NCBI GenBank assembly: GCA_903813345.2 | Contig: CAIIXF020000001.1 | Coordinates: 33,666,001 to 33,730,000, forward strand | Reading direction: 5' to 3' | Length of the DNA: 64,000 nt | Origin: Owenia fusiformis | Lineage: Eukaryota | In this document: positions 50,622 to 62,980 of the stretch, piece after piece | Layout of the letters: each line of letters opens with the position of its first letter | Position numbering within the stretch: the stretch's first letter is position 1 | Program-made: the position numbers and the translations under genes | The notes under the pieces: model-generated | Database searches by the model: none | What the model saw: only the letters and a program-made list of their open reading frames with translations | Told to the model about the DNA's origin: nothing

Positions 50622-51800
50622 TTATTATCCCATCGAACGAAGTACAGATTCTGTACACATATACCCAATGGGGGTAGTCGTTCTGCCTGAAAATGGATTT
50701 TCAAAATGGCCACTCATTTAAAAATGGCGGCCATTTTAGTGCCGATTTTACAGTTATTTAGGTACTGCATATAAAACTGTAATAGCAATATGTTTTAAAT
50801 GTAAAAAAGTTATATAGGACATTGATTAAGCTAGAAATGTAAATACAGAAGAAATACATGGCAGCAATCTTGAAAAATGGCTGCCTTTGCTCATCTTTTT
50901 ACGATTTTTGCTGTAACTTAGTTGAGCGATTTTGTTCATATTTGGTATGTGAATACTTTAAGCATGACACAATGTCTATTGACATTTTTGGTAGTAGGTG
51001 GCCATTTTTCAAAATGGGCGCCATTTTTACGTATGTTATTTAACATTTTTTTACTGTAAGTCAAAAAGTAGTTGAGCGATTTTGTTCATATTTGGTATGT
51101 GAATACTTTAAGCATGGCCGAATGTCTAATGACATTTTGGGTAGTACCATTTTTTACGTTTTTTACTATAACTTGAAAAGTAGTGGAGCGATTTTGTTCA
51201 GATTTGATATGTGAATACTTATGAACCTTGCACACTGTCTCATGACACTTCGCATAGAACGTGGCGATTTTAAAAAATGGCCGTCATTTTTACATTTTTT
51301 GCTATAACTCCAAAAGTATTGGAGTGATTTTGTTCATATTTGATATGTGAATACTTTTAGCATGGCACATTGTCTAATAAAACTTTGAGGAATAGTGGGC
51401 CATTTTGAAAAATGGCCACCATTTTTATGTGTGTTATTTTACATTTTTTATTATAATTCAAAAAGTAATAGAGCAATTTTGTTCATATTTGATATGTGAA
51501 TACTCGTAAGGATTGCATACTGTCTTATGACATTTTGGGTAGTAGGCGGCCATTTTAAGAAATGGCCAGCATTTACATGTATGCGTTGGCGATCTTTTAA
51601 AAATTTTATATGTGGCTACTTAAAAGCATATTACTTCTTCTGGTGACAACTTGGCTAGTGAGCAACCATTTTGAAAATGGTGGCCTTTCTTATGTGTGTT
51701 ATTTTACGATATTTGCTATATATATTTTGTTTGTAAAATGCCAGCCATTTTTGTTCGATGGGATTCGCTACGCTTTGGCGTTGCCGTTGTTCTGGTTCTC
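50622..51800 (+). mobile_element. HINE-like element with about 120-bp internal repeats
   Basis: subTIR atcccatcgaa / ttcgatgggat; repeats gagcgattttgttcatatttg; same 3' end at about 12650-12752. Confidence 0.75.
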
Positions 51801-52793
51801 ATTTATTTATCGACTGTAATTTCATTGGTACCATCAATTTTAAATATCAAGCATGTTACGAAAACTCTTTGTTACAGTCTTAGCACACAAGTCAAGATCA
51901 ATAGACCAAGTATCCTCTTAGCTTGGTACATCAAAATATCCCTTCTTAATTGCACTGTTGTGTGTCTAGCTCAGGCTATGCGTGAGAAGATGTTTACTCA
52001 AGAAGAGGGGGGAGGGGTCACAAAGGCTTGAAGCTAGAGAATCTGAGGAGCAGACAATGCTGCAATGCTGTAGTGTGATTCTGATTATTGGTTTACTAGT
52101 TCAGTAAAATCAATCAAAGCAGATTGAGTACTGTAATCTATGGATTTTTCAAAACACTGGCACATGTCCAGCATGAAACAATTGACACATTGACCATAGC
52201 TGTTTTTGGCATTTATGTGGTGATCAGCACTGGTTGTATTGATTGAACTAGTTAAGAAATGAGGAATGCTATACTAATTTATCATCTAATTAGTGCATTT
52301 CGACACCTCGTTCACTTTGGCAAATCTCAAAAATCGTTTCTAAGATATAAAGGATTATTTTGAAACAGGTCTCTAGGGTGCTCGCCAAAATGTAAGAACT
52401 CTCTCTTTCTAGAGGCTTTTATTTTGAAAATATTCTAGACTATAATTGTATGAAATAATTTTGTTACAAAAAATCAGCAAAAAATCGTAGTCATTTTTTT
52501 TATTTTCAGCCATTTTAGTTAACATTGATTTGTCCTGACTCGCGAAATCCACTTTTCCATCAACAATAGTGGCACGTTTTAAAACAATAGGATTCCTGTT
52601 TTAAATTATTTCTGTTCAATATCAATACAGAAAACTGCCCTATGACTCCTGGTTCAAAAGCTCACCTATTTTCAAAATGGCTGCCATTTTTGTTTCCCGA
52701 AATTTTAACCCATTTCCTAGCTTTACAAATAATTTCAGGTTTTCAGGTATCCTGCATTGTAAAAATCCATGTCAATGTGAAGAGTAGTTGTAT

Positions 52794-54150
52794 TATGTCA
52801 CCACCAAAAGTGGTGACATATTGTTATGGTCTCCGTTTTTTTGCGACGGCGGTTGGCGTCTGTAACAATTTCTTACAACTTCCTATAACTTAACAAATAC
52901 TGTTTAGACTGACTTCAATTTTTTTCTAAATCATCTACATGTTCTCAGAAGTTCAAATCTGACTTTAGATTTGACATTTGACCTTCAATGACCTTCTCAA
53001 GGTCAAAAAGGTCTTTTTTCAACTTGCTTCACATTGACTAAATTTTTTTTCAAAATCATCTACATGTTCTCAGAAATTCAAATCTGACTTTAGATTTGAC
53101 CTTCAAATCTGACTTAAGATTTGACATTTGACCTTCAATGACCTTCTCAAGTTCAAAAAGGTCTGTTTTCAACTTGCTTCAAATTGACTAAATTTTTTTT
53201 TCAAAATCATCTACGTGTTCTCAGAAATTCAAATCTGACTTAAGATTTGACTTAAGATTTGACATTTGACCTTCAATGACCTTCTCAAGGTCAAAAAAGG
53301 TCAAAAAGGTCTGTTTTCAACTTGCTTCAAATTGACTTAAAAATTTTTTCAAAATCATCTACGTGTTCTCAGAAATTCAAATCTGACTTTAGATTTGACT
53401 TAAGATTTGACATTTGACCTTCAATGACCTTCTCAAAGTCAAAAAAGGTCAAAAAGGTCTTTTTTCAACTTGCTTCAAATTGACTAAATTTTTTTTTCAA
53501 AATCATCTACATGTTCTCAGAAATTCAAATATGACTTTAGATTTGACATTTGACCTTCAATGACCTTCTCAAGGTCAAAAAAGGTCAAAAAGGTCTTTTT
53601 TCAACTTGCTTCAAATTGACTAATTTTTTTTTCAAAATCATCTACATGTTCTTAGAAATTCAAATCTGACTTTAGATTTGACATTTGACCTTCAATGACC
53701 TTCTCAAGGTCAAAAAAGGTCAAAAAGGTCTGTTTTCAACTTGCTTCAAATTGACTAAAATTTTTTTTCAAAATCATCTACGTGTTCTCAGAAATTCAAA
53801 TCTGACTTTAGATTTGACTTAAGATTCTCAAGGTCAAAAAGGTCTTTTTTTAACTTGCTTCAAATTGACTAATTTTTTTTTTCAAAATCATCTACATGTT
53901 CTCAGGAATTCAAATCTGACTTTAGATTTGACATTTGACCTTTAATGACCTTCTCAAGGTCAAAAAAGGTCAAAAAGGTCTGTTTTCAACTTGCTTCAAA
54001 TTGACCAAATTTTTTTTCAAAATCATCTACATCTTTTCAGAAGTTCAAATTTGACTTTACAAGTTCTCAGAAATTCAAATCTGACTTAAGTTTGAACTCA
54101 TAATATTGTGAGCAACTAGGTGGTGACATTTTGTCATGTTAATGCCTTGT
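52794..54150 (+). mobile_element. HINE family 2 with about 110-130-bp repeats
   Basis: 5' hairpin tatgtcaccac-caaaa-gtggtgacata; 3' ggtggtgacat...aatgccttgt; host sequence rejoins on removal. Confidence 0.88.
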
Positions 54151-55074
54151 GAAATAATTTTGTTACAAAAAATTATATCCGTTTTTTTTTTTTTTTTCAG
54201 CCATTTTAGTTAACATTGATTTGTCCATCTGTCTTGCGAAATCCACTTTTGGACCATTTGACTTAAAACCTCTGTCAATAGGATTCCCATTTTAAGTTAT
54301 TTTTGTTCAACATCAATACAAAAACTTCTCCATGACTCCTGGTTCAAAAGCTCGCCTATTTTAAAAATGGTCGCCATTTTTGTCTCGCAAAATTCACTTT
54401 TGGACCATTTCCTAGGTTTACAAATAATTTCAGGTGTCCTGCATTGTAAAAAGCCATGTGACTGTAAAGAGTAGTTGTATGAAATAATTTTGTTACAAAA
54501 AATCGGCAAAAAATTCTATCCATTTTTTTTATTTTCAGCCATTTAGTTAACATTGATTTGTCCATCTGTCTCGCGAAATCCTCTTTTGGACCAATTGCCT
54601 TAAAACCTCTATCGATAGAATTCCAGTTTTAAGTTATTTATTTCTGTTCAACAGCAATACAGAAAAGTGCCCTATGACTCCTGGTTCAAAAGCTCACCTA
54701 TTTTCAAAATGGCCGCCATTTTTGTCTCGCGAAATTTACTTTTAACCCATTACCTAGCTTTATAAATAATTTCAGGTGTCCTGCATTGTAAAAATCTATG
54801 ATAAGGCAGAATCAGATCTATAAGGGTGACAAAATTACAAGCAACTTTTATAATTGACCTACCAATCTATTCCTTACAATATCAAATACAATATCTCCCA
54901 AAAGATTCACAATATGTTATAAATTGGTGAAGTTATTAATGACGCAAAGAGCAAAAATGGGTGGAAAATGTTTAAATTCTCCCACATAATAAGAATGGTA
55001 ACCATTCTTATAGAAAATAATACATTATTGTAAAAATCTTTAGTTATCCTTGAATAAAGTATGTACTTTTGTGA

Positions 55075-56064
55075 TTTTTGGCTCACACAGTGAGCCTATG
55101 GGATCGACCAGGCGTCCGTCCGTTGGTCCGTCCATCCGTCCGTTGGTCCGTCCGTCAACATTGGCTGCACAAATTAAAACTGCTATTCGGATTGCGTCAT
55201 ATCCACATTCATTTTATGCATATCCATAATGCCTATTTGACCTATCATCGCCATTTCCCAAGTTCGCCCAGTTTCCGAGAAATTGCGGATTTTGACGTCA
55301 AAAAGTCAAATTTTCTGTAAATACTAGACACTTTGTTGAAGTAGAACTTTCAAATAACTTTTAGTAGTTGCTGTATATGCAACTTATGTAATCTGAAGAT
55401 TTCAAAGCTCTTGGAATTACAGTGTTTGATGTTTACTCTATAAAATTTGACAAAAAGTAGGACTTAGTCATTTTCAGGAAACTTTCTCATGTATAAAGTC
55501 AATGGCAGGTTTTGTGATTGACACCTTGTTTCTCAAGGTTTGCCTTATACTTGATCATTTCTTGCAATGAATTACATCATTACTAGATTTAAGCATTCCC
55601 TACATATTGCTCAATATATGTCGGCATCAAATTTTTACCGTTTTTGAGATATTTGACGTCAAAAAACAGTAAAAATAAGTTATTTTCAACTTGCTTCAAT
55701 TTGACCAAATCTTTTTTTGAAAATCATCTACAAGTTGCCAGGAGTTCAAATCTGACATTAGTCTTAGGATTTGACCTTTACTTGACCTTCAGTGACCTTC
55801 GAAAGGTCAAAAAAGTTGACTTTTCAAATTGATTTTTGGATGTAAATTTTGGTCAGCTTAATCACAAAAGACCTTACTAAGCTCTGAATAAGTAAAATTT
55901 TCAAGGTCAGAGGTTATCAAACTGGGTCACACAACTGTGCTATCTAAGTTTCTCAAAGTTTCTCAAAGTTCGAGACTACAAATCCATTTTTGTTTGAAAG
56001 TCAGGATATACATTCCTCTGAAGGTTCCAAACTGTGTGAGCACAGGACCGTGGGTCCTATTTTT
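55075..56064 (+). mobile_element. HINE family 3, complete
   Basis: 5' ggctcacacagtgagcc plus (gtcc)n; 3' ctgtgtgagc plus aggacc-gtg-ggtcct hairpin plus T-run. Confidence 0.85.
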
Positions 56065-56782
56065 AGAAATAGACAATTGACAAGGAATGATATGAGCCAA
56101 AAATATTCTAAAATTGAGACAATTTTTTGTTTAGCCTGCTTGCTATATCTGATTCTCTCTTTAGTTGTATGAAATAATTTTGTTACAAAAAATTATATCA
56201 GTTTTTTTTATTTTCAGCCATTTTCAGCCATTTTCAGCCATCGCGAAATCCTCTTTTGGACCTTTAAAACCTCTATCGATAGAATTCCAGTTTTAAGTTA
56301 TTTTTGTTCAACATCAATACAAAAAACTCCCCTATGACTCCTGGTTCAAAAGCATGCCTATTTTCAAAATGGTCACCATTTTTTGTCTCGTGGAATTCAC
56401 TTTTGGCCCATTTCCTAGGTTTACAAATAATTCCATGTGTCCTGCATTGTAAAAAGCCATGTCTATGTAAAGAGTAGCTGTATAAAATAATTTTGTTACA
56501 AAAAGCCGTTTTTTTTTTATTTGTTGTCATTTTAGCCATCATTCACTTTTGAGCAACACCATGTGAGCCCAGTACCCACGATACTATTTTTTAATATGAA
56601 TAGAATAGTGGCAGGTACTATATATATATAATGTATGTACTATATTATATTATTAAATGAGTTACCCATAAAATAGAAGTTTAATCCGGTAGCCGACAGT
56701 CGTTAGTTGCATTTCCGAATACGAGCTTAGTTAACACAAGCTGTATCATTACACAAACATTACTCAATAATTTTTTTTCCAG

Positions 56783-56876
56783 TTTAAAAGGATGTTGAAC
56801 AGAGAACTAAGCCATTTTGCTGAATCTAGTAAATCTGGAAATCAAATATCTGAGTATATTTGTAACACATTTTTAG
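56783..56876 (+). CDS. Pde4: PDE4 internal exon (C-terminal half of UCR2)
   Basis: [31 protein letters not shown]; ttttccag acceptor, gtgagt donor; 94 nt, phase 0/1. Confidence 0.97.
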
Positions 56877-56903
56877 GTGAGTGCATATTATAACAATGTA
56901 ATA

Positions 56904-57340
56904 ATTATCCCATTCAAACAAAGTTTGAGGGGGATATAGAGAAGTTGTTCATCCGTCTGTCTGTCCATCCGTCCATTCATTTGTGCGTTTGTGTGTCCGG
57001 GCGATAAGTTAAATACTGATACTGATAACTCAAATACTAGTGGACAAATTTTGTTCAAATTTTATATGCTGATGCCTAAAGACAAAGGAGCTTTGTTTGA
57101 GAAGGAATTTTCAAGATGGCGGCTAAATTCATTTTTCATAAAAACATAATCTTTGAAAACTCGAATACCAGTGAACAGATTTGGTTCAAATTTGATATGC
57201 TGATACCTAGGAACACAGTAGCTCTGATCAAAAAAGAATTTTCAAAATGGCGGCTAAATTAAAAAAATGTCATCTTTGATAACTCAAATGCCAGTGAACA
57301 GATTTGGTTCAAATTTTGTATTTTGATACACAGGCACAAA
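56904..57340 (+). mobile_element. HINE-like 5' fragment
   Basis: ttatcccattcaaacaaagtttg, (gtcc/gtct)n, about 120-bp repeats; a similar inverted end at about 39830-39962. Confidence 0.55.
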
Positions 57341-57679
57341 CAATCTCTCTTTGTCTCTCAGTCAGTCAACAATAGAGGCACATTTTAAAACCTGGGTCAA
57401 TAAGATTCTCTCTGTTTTAAATTATTTTGGTTATTATTATTATTTGGTTTGGTTATTTTTCCTCTTTAATACAGAAGTCCCTCTTGTGAGTCCAGGTTCG
57501 AAAGCTTGCCTATTTTAAAGTGTCTGCCATTTTAGTTGTGGAAAATTTACTTTTTGGGAATTCAGTAGCTTTATAACTGATTTCATGTGTCCTGCACTGT
57601 AAAATCACATGTCACTGTAAACAGAAGTTTAATGAAATAATTTTGTAAAAAAAATTGGCAAAAATTTATATCTGCTTTT

Positions 57680-59520
57680 TATGTCACCACCAAAAGTGGT
57701 GACATATTGTTATGGTCTCCGTTTTTTTGCGACGGCGGTTGGTGGTTGGCGGTTGGCGGTTGGTGGTTGGAGGTTGGCGTCCGGCGTCTGTAACAATTTC
57801 TTACAACTTCCTATAACTTAACAAATACTGTTTAGACTGCCTTCAATTTTTTTCTAAATCATCTACATGTTCTCAGAAGTTTAAATCTGACTTTAGATTT
57901 GACATTTGACCTTCAATGACCTTCTCAAGGTCAAAAAGGTCTTTTTTCAACTTGCTTCACATTGACTAAATTTTTTTTCAAAATCATCTACATGTTCTCA
58001 GAAATTCAAATCTGACTTTAGATTTGACTATAGATTTGACATTTGACCTTCAAATCTGCCTTTAGATTTGACATTTGACCTTCAATGACCTTCTCAAGGT
58101 CAAAAAAGGTCAAAAAGGTCTGTTTTCAACTTGCTTCAAATTGACTAAATTTTTTTTTCAAAATCATCTACGTGTTCTCAGAAATTAAAATCTGACTTAA
58201 GATTTGAAATTTGACCTTCTCAAGGTCAAAAAAGGTCAAAAAGGTCTGTTTTCAACTTGCTTCAAATTGACTAAAAAATTTTTTTCAAAATCATCTACGT
58301 GTTCTCAGAAATTCAAATCTGACTTTAGATTTTACTTAAGATTTGACATTTGACCTTCAATGACCTTCTCAAAGTCAAAAAAGGTCAAAAAGGTCTTTTT
58401 TCAACTTGCTTCAAATTGACTAAATTTTTTTTAAAAATCATCTACATGTTCTCAGAAATTCAAATCTGACTTTAGATTTGACATTTGACCTTCAATGACC
58501 TTCTCAAAGTCAAAAAAGGTCAAAAAGGTCTTTTTTCAACTTGCTTCAAATTGACTAAATTTTTTTTTCAAAATCATCTACATGTTCTCAGAAATTCAAA
58601 TCTGACTTTAGATTTGACATTTGACCTTCAATGACCTTCTCAATGTCAAAAAAGGTCAAAAAGGTATTTTTTCATCTTGCTTCAAATTGACTAAACATTT
58701 TTTTCAAAATCATCTACATGTTCTCAGAAATTCAAATATGACTTTAGATTTGACTTTAGATTTGACATTTGACCTTCAATGACCTTCTCAAGGTCAAAAA
58801 GGTCTTTCTTCAACTTGCTTCAAATAGACTAATTTTTTTTTTCAAAATCATCTACATGTTCTCAGAAATTCAAATCTGACTTTAGATTTGACATTTGACC
58901 TTTAATGACCTTCTCAAGGTCAAAAAAGGTCTGTTTTCAACTTGCTTCAAATTGACCAAATTTTTTTTTCAAAATCATCTACATCTTTTCAGAAGTTCAA
59001 ATTTGACTTTACAAGTTCTCAGAAGTTCAAATCTAACTTTAGATTTGACCTTTGACCTTCAATGACCTTCTCAAGGTCAAAAAGGTCTTTTTTCAACTTG
59101 CTTCAAATTGATTAATTTCTTTTTTCAAAATCATCTACATGTTCTCAGAAGTTCAAATCTGACTTTAGATTTGACATTTGACCTTCAATGACCTTTTCAA
59201 GGTCAAAAAGGTCTTTTTTCAACTTGCTTCAAATTTACTTAATTTTTTTTTCAAAATCATCTAATCATCTACATGTTCTCAGAAGTTCAAATCTGACTTT
59301 ACATTTGACATTTGACCTTCAATGACCTTCTCAATGTCAAAAAAAGTCAAAGAGGTATTTTTTCAACTTGCTTCAAATTGACGAATTTTTTTTTCAAAAT
59401 CATCTACATGTTCTAAGAAGTTCAAATCAAACCTTCTTAAGGTCAAAAGGTATTTTCCAACTTGCTTTAAATTGACCAAATTGTTTTAGGTGGTGACATT
59501 TTGTCATGTTAATGCCTTGT
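57680..59520 (+). mobile_element. HINE family 2, second copy, inside a diverged family-1 copy (57360-59592)
   Basis: Same termini as 52794-54150; (ggcggtt)n microsatellite; more internal repeats. Confidence 0.88.
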
Positions 59521-60044
59521 TTATTGTCTGCCATCATTCACTTTTCTCTTTTTGAGCAACTCCATGTTAACCTTTTACCCATGGTACTATTTGTTTTATA
59601 AAACTGAGGAACAATTTCCAGGGCTGCTCCATTATGATGCCTTTTTTAAGATTGCTTCTTACACTTTTCACTGTCTATTCTTTCTATTTCCTTAAAAAGT
59701 CTGATGAGCTATTAATTCTTGTCTGAAATATTTAATTCGTTTTTTTATTGTAACAATTGCTTGTGGGATTGCCTTCTTGTAAATGTCTGTTTCAAGGGGA
59801 TGAACATAAATATGTTTACTATGTAATCCCAGTTTTTTGGCTCACATAGTGAGCCTATGGGATCGGCTGGGCGATCTGAGAAATTGCCGATTTTGACTTC
59901 AAAAAGTCAACTTTTCTTTAACCTCTTTACTACCTAGAGTGACGTGAGTATCCAATTTACATAAAATATATTTTAAAATATGTAGAAATGATCTCTGTCA
60001 ACTAATTTCACTAAGTTGAGCATCACCCATTGTACATGTATGTA

Positions 60045-62980
60045 TTTATTTATTTATTTATTTATTTATTTTATTAAAGTGTCACTTGTATCATATCATA
60101 CAACCAGCCCTATCTGGGCTTATGAGACACATTAGAACATTTTAAAATAACTAGTTATTGTTTAAAAATAAAGTCTTTCCTGATCTGCATTATGTCAATT
60201 AAATACTGACCAAACATCTTAGTGTATCTTTTACTTTTAAAAATGTCACTTAAAGTCAGACTCTCTATTTCCAATTTTTCAAAGAACTCATTTCTTTTTT
60301 TCCTATATGCACTACAATCAAAAATAAAATGCTTTTCATCTTCGATTTCACCCGACTTACAAATGTTACAAAAACGCTCATTTACATTGGTATTTACAAA
60401 TCTGCCAGTTTCAATATGCAAAGGTAGAATTCCATACCGAAATTGTGAAATCAGTGATCTAGTGCCTCTTGGCAAGTCACATAAAATGAATTGATCTGGT
60501 TTAAAGTCTGTTTTAAAAGTAACATATGTACGTAATTTACGTTGTTCAAGAATTTCCTGATTCCATTTTTCTTTTTGTTTCTTCATTAGTCTGGTTCGTG
60601 CCACACGTAAGTCAATATATGTTTGATCACGGTAGTGCTCTTCAAAATTTAAATCAATGCACAGTTTTTTAAAGTCGCTGCACCAACTTGCTTTCCCATT
60701 TTGATAATCTTCCATGAACACTCTTTTAGTGATACGATTATTATTCATGAATGTAATTCTGTTCCAAAGACGTATAATATCTAATTTTCTAGTGTCCAAT
60801 GGTGTCATCCATGTCAAATCACCGTACATTGCTGGGATAGATGCAAATCTATGCACACCTAGAAATGCCCTCATTGCCCTGTGTTGGATATTGTCAGTAC
60901 ATTGATAAGTTTTGTTTCCCCAAACGCCGGATCCATAATTCAAAATTGGGAGTATACATGTGTTATAAAGTCTTGTGTATGCTGTATAGAAAAGTCCATT
61001 GTGTTTCCTAAATTTTGTGATGAGGCCCCCCAAAGCTCGGCCTGCTGCTGCGCTTAGATTTTCGGCAGTTGTAGTGAAGTTAAGTGTTTCATCTAATATA
61101 CATCCAAGATACTTATATTGCGTGGCGGTTTCTAAATGCTTTGTTCCAAATGTAAATTTGAAATCTGATCTGGGAGTACTATTTTTACGATAATGCACTA
61201 TATTGGATTTATCAATATTAACATTAACTCTCCATTTATGGCACCACTTATAAGCTAGATTTAACAATTCCTGCAAGTTCTTCTCATTTTCAGACAATAT
61301 AGCAATGTCATCGGCAAATAACAAACATGAAATTATATCATCACCAAACTTTATACCCAACCCAGCTGATTTTAATTCTTGGGCCAAATCGTTTATGAAT
61401 ATAGAGAATGCTGTTGTGGAAATATTGTCCCCCTGGCGGCATCCTGTTTCTGTAGTGAACCAGTCAGTTAGTTTATTATTGACGTTAACTGTACTCTGTG
61501 TGTGCGCATACATGCTACTCAGTGTCTGATACATTTTCCCATTTATACCAAGTTTTCTAAGCTTTAGAAGTAAACAATCTCTATTAATTTTATCGAAACA
61601 TTTTTCCAGGTCGATGTAGCATATAAAAGAAGATTGGCCCTTTGCTTTTCTATTTCTTATGATAGTTGTGATAACAAATAGATGGTCCACACAAGATCTT
61701 AATTTCCTAAATCCATTTTGTTCGTCAACAATCTTGGTTTCAGCAAACTGGGAAAGTCTAGTATTTATAACAGAACTATATAGCTTAGCCATTGTACATA
61801 GGAGACTAATGCCTCTATAGTTAAGGGGAATTCGTGGGTCCTTTATACGACTCTTAGGTATTGGTTTTATAATGGCCTTTTTCCACTGTTCTGGGTAAAG
61901 GCCAGTTGTAAATATTTTATTGAAGAGTGCTATAAGTAGCGTTAAAGATGCATCATTTTGGAATACTTCAGCGGGTAAGTAATCAATTCCTATGGCTTTA
62001 CCTTTCTTTATATTCTTGATTACAGTCCCTACTTCATCCATTGTGATTGTCTCATTTAGTTTGTTCAGTTCTTCCTGCTCGTCAGGACCTTGATTATCAG
62101 CATCAAAAAACCTATTATCTTCCATGTCGTTTTTCAGATTAAGAAGGTCTTGATAAAATTCATCGTCAAACTCAGTGTTTTCAGATTTCTTATATAATGA
62201 TTCAAACTGATCACGCCATACATTTAGAACATCCTTTTCCCCTGATAAAATGTTTCCATCTTTATCAATCACCTCATTTGGAATACTAGTTTTACACTTT
62301 TTTGATGGGCCTAAATTTTCAATTTCTTTCCAAAATTCTTTAGGGTCATTTGTGTTTAGATGTTCAATTAATAGGCGCTTTGAGAGGTTAAATTTTCTTT
62401 TAGCTCTACTAACTGTTTTGTCAAAGTTTATTTGTGCTTGTTTATATTTCTGAAGCAACTCTCTTTTATTCCTATCTTGTTTACCAGATATACGAGCGTG
62501 TGATTTATAATTTTTTTCACACTCACACAGTTTTTTCCAAAGCTCATCTAGGTTTTGGTCCCACCATGGTTTTGGTGTAAATCTATATCTTTTCTTTAAT
62601 CTACTATTGTCAAAGAAGGGCAAAGATTGCTTCATAGCATCATAATACATTGCACATATTTCACTGTACATGTTATTTATATCAACCTGGTTTTCTATTT
62701 CACTTTGTATTCGGGTGATAACTGAATTTACTTGTTCCATGATATCATTAGAGAAAAAATTTTGGGGAATGTTTTTAACATTAAACCGTACATTTGTAAT
62801 ATCATCTACATCAAGATCACAGGAACTATTTGTTGGAGTACTACTAACTACATAGTCATATTTTACATCTGATAACCTCACTTGACAAATTAGCATAGAA
62901 TGGTCAGGTAATTTAGTTCTTTTACTATCAGGATGTATATTAAAGTCATTGCATGCATCAGCAACTGTTTTAACTTCAAA
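60045..62980 (-). mobile_element. 5'-truncated non-LTR retrotransposon (LINE)
   Basis: (TAAA)n tail at 60045-60070; 9-bp TSD atgtatgta; contains the RT ORF. Confidence 0.95.
60155..62896 (-). CDS. LINE ORF2 (reverse transcriptase plus C-terminal Cys/His motif), endonuclease domain truncated
   Basis: NYRGISLL, QNGFR, GCRQGD, LLFADD, YKYLG, CNIC...HFIFDC; frame stays open upstream to about 62980 through PDHS (end of the APE domain), so the Met is internal; clade (RTE-X vs L2/CR1 group) not resolved. Confidence 0.93.
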   Translation of the reverse strand: MLICQVRLSDVKYDYVVSSTPTNSSCDLDVDDITNVRFNVKNIPQNFFSNDIMEQVNSVITRIQSEIENQVDINNMYSEICAMYYDAMKQSLPFFDNSRLKKRYRFTPKPWWDQNLDELWKKLCECEKNYKSHARISGKQDRNKRELLQKYKQAQINFDKTVSRAKRKFNLSKRLLIEHLNTNDPKEFWKEIENLGPSKKCKTSIPNEVIDKDGNILSGEKDVLNVWRDQFESLYKKSENTEFDDEFYQDLLNLKNDMEDNRFFDADNQGPDEQEELNKLNETITMDEVGTVIKNIKKGKAIGIDYLPAEVFQNDASLTLLIALFNKIFTTGLYPEQWKKAIIKPIPKSRIKDPRIPLNYRGISLLCTMAKLYSSVINTRLSQFAETKIVDEQNGFRKLRSCVDHLFVITTIIRNRKAKGQSSFICYIDLEKCFDKINRDCLLLKLRKLGINGKMYQTLSSMYAHTQSTVNVNNKLTDWFTTETGCRQGDNISTTAFSIFINDLAQELKSAGLGIKFGDDIISCLLFADDIAILSENEKNLQELLNLAYKWCHKWRVNVNIDKSNIVHYRKNSTPRSDFKFTFGTKHLETATQYKYLGCILDETLNFTTTAENLSAAAGRALGGLITKFRKHNGLFYTAYTRLYNTCILPILNYGSGVWGNKTYQCTDNIQHRAMRAFLGVHRFASIPAMYGDLTWMTPLDTRKLDIIRLWNRITFMNNNRITKRVFMEDYQNGKASWCSDFKKLCIDLNFEEHYRDQTYIDLRVARTRLMKKQKEKWNQEILEQRKLRTYVTFKTDFKPDQFILCDLPRGTRSLISQFRYGILPLHIETGRFVNTNVNERFCNICKSGEIEDEKHFIFDCSAYRKKRNEFFEKLEIESLTLSDIFKSKRYTKMFGQYLIDIMQIRKDFIFKQ

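Larger units (their letters stand above)
52445..56590 (+). mobile_element. HINE family 1, 3' portion with nested insertions
   Basis: Family-1 repeats at 52445-52793, 54151-54800 and 56162-56590; ends caccatgtgagcccagtacccacgatact. Confidence 0.85.

Noticed and set aside
46447..56590. One giant HINE that captured the PDE4 UCR2 exon
   Set aside because: A 5' end and a 3' end of family 1 do flank the exon, but the exon is in its native collinear position and the family is abundant; two truncated copies are more parsimonious
60222..62855. Plus-strand ORFs over the LINE
   Set aside because: Antisense shadows of the RT ORF
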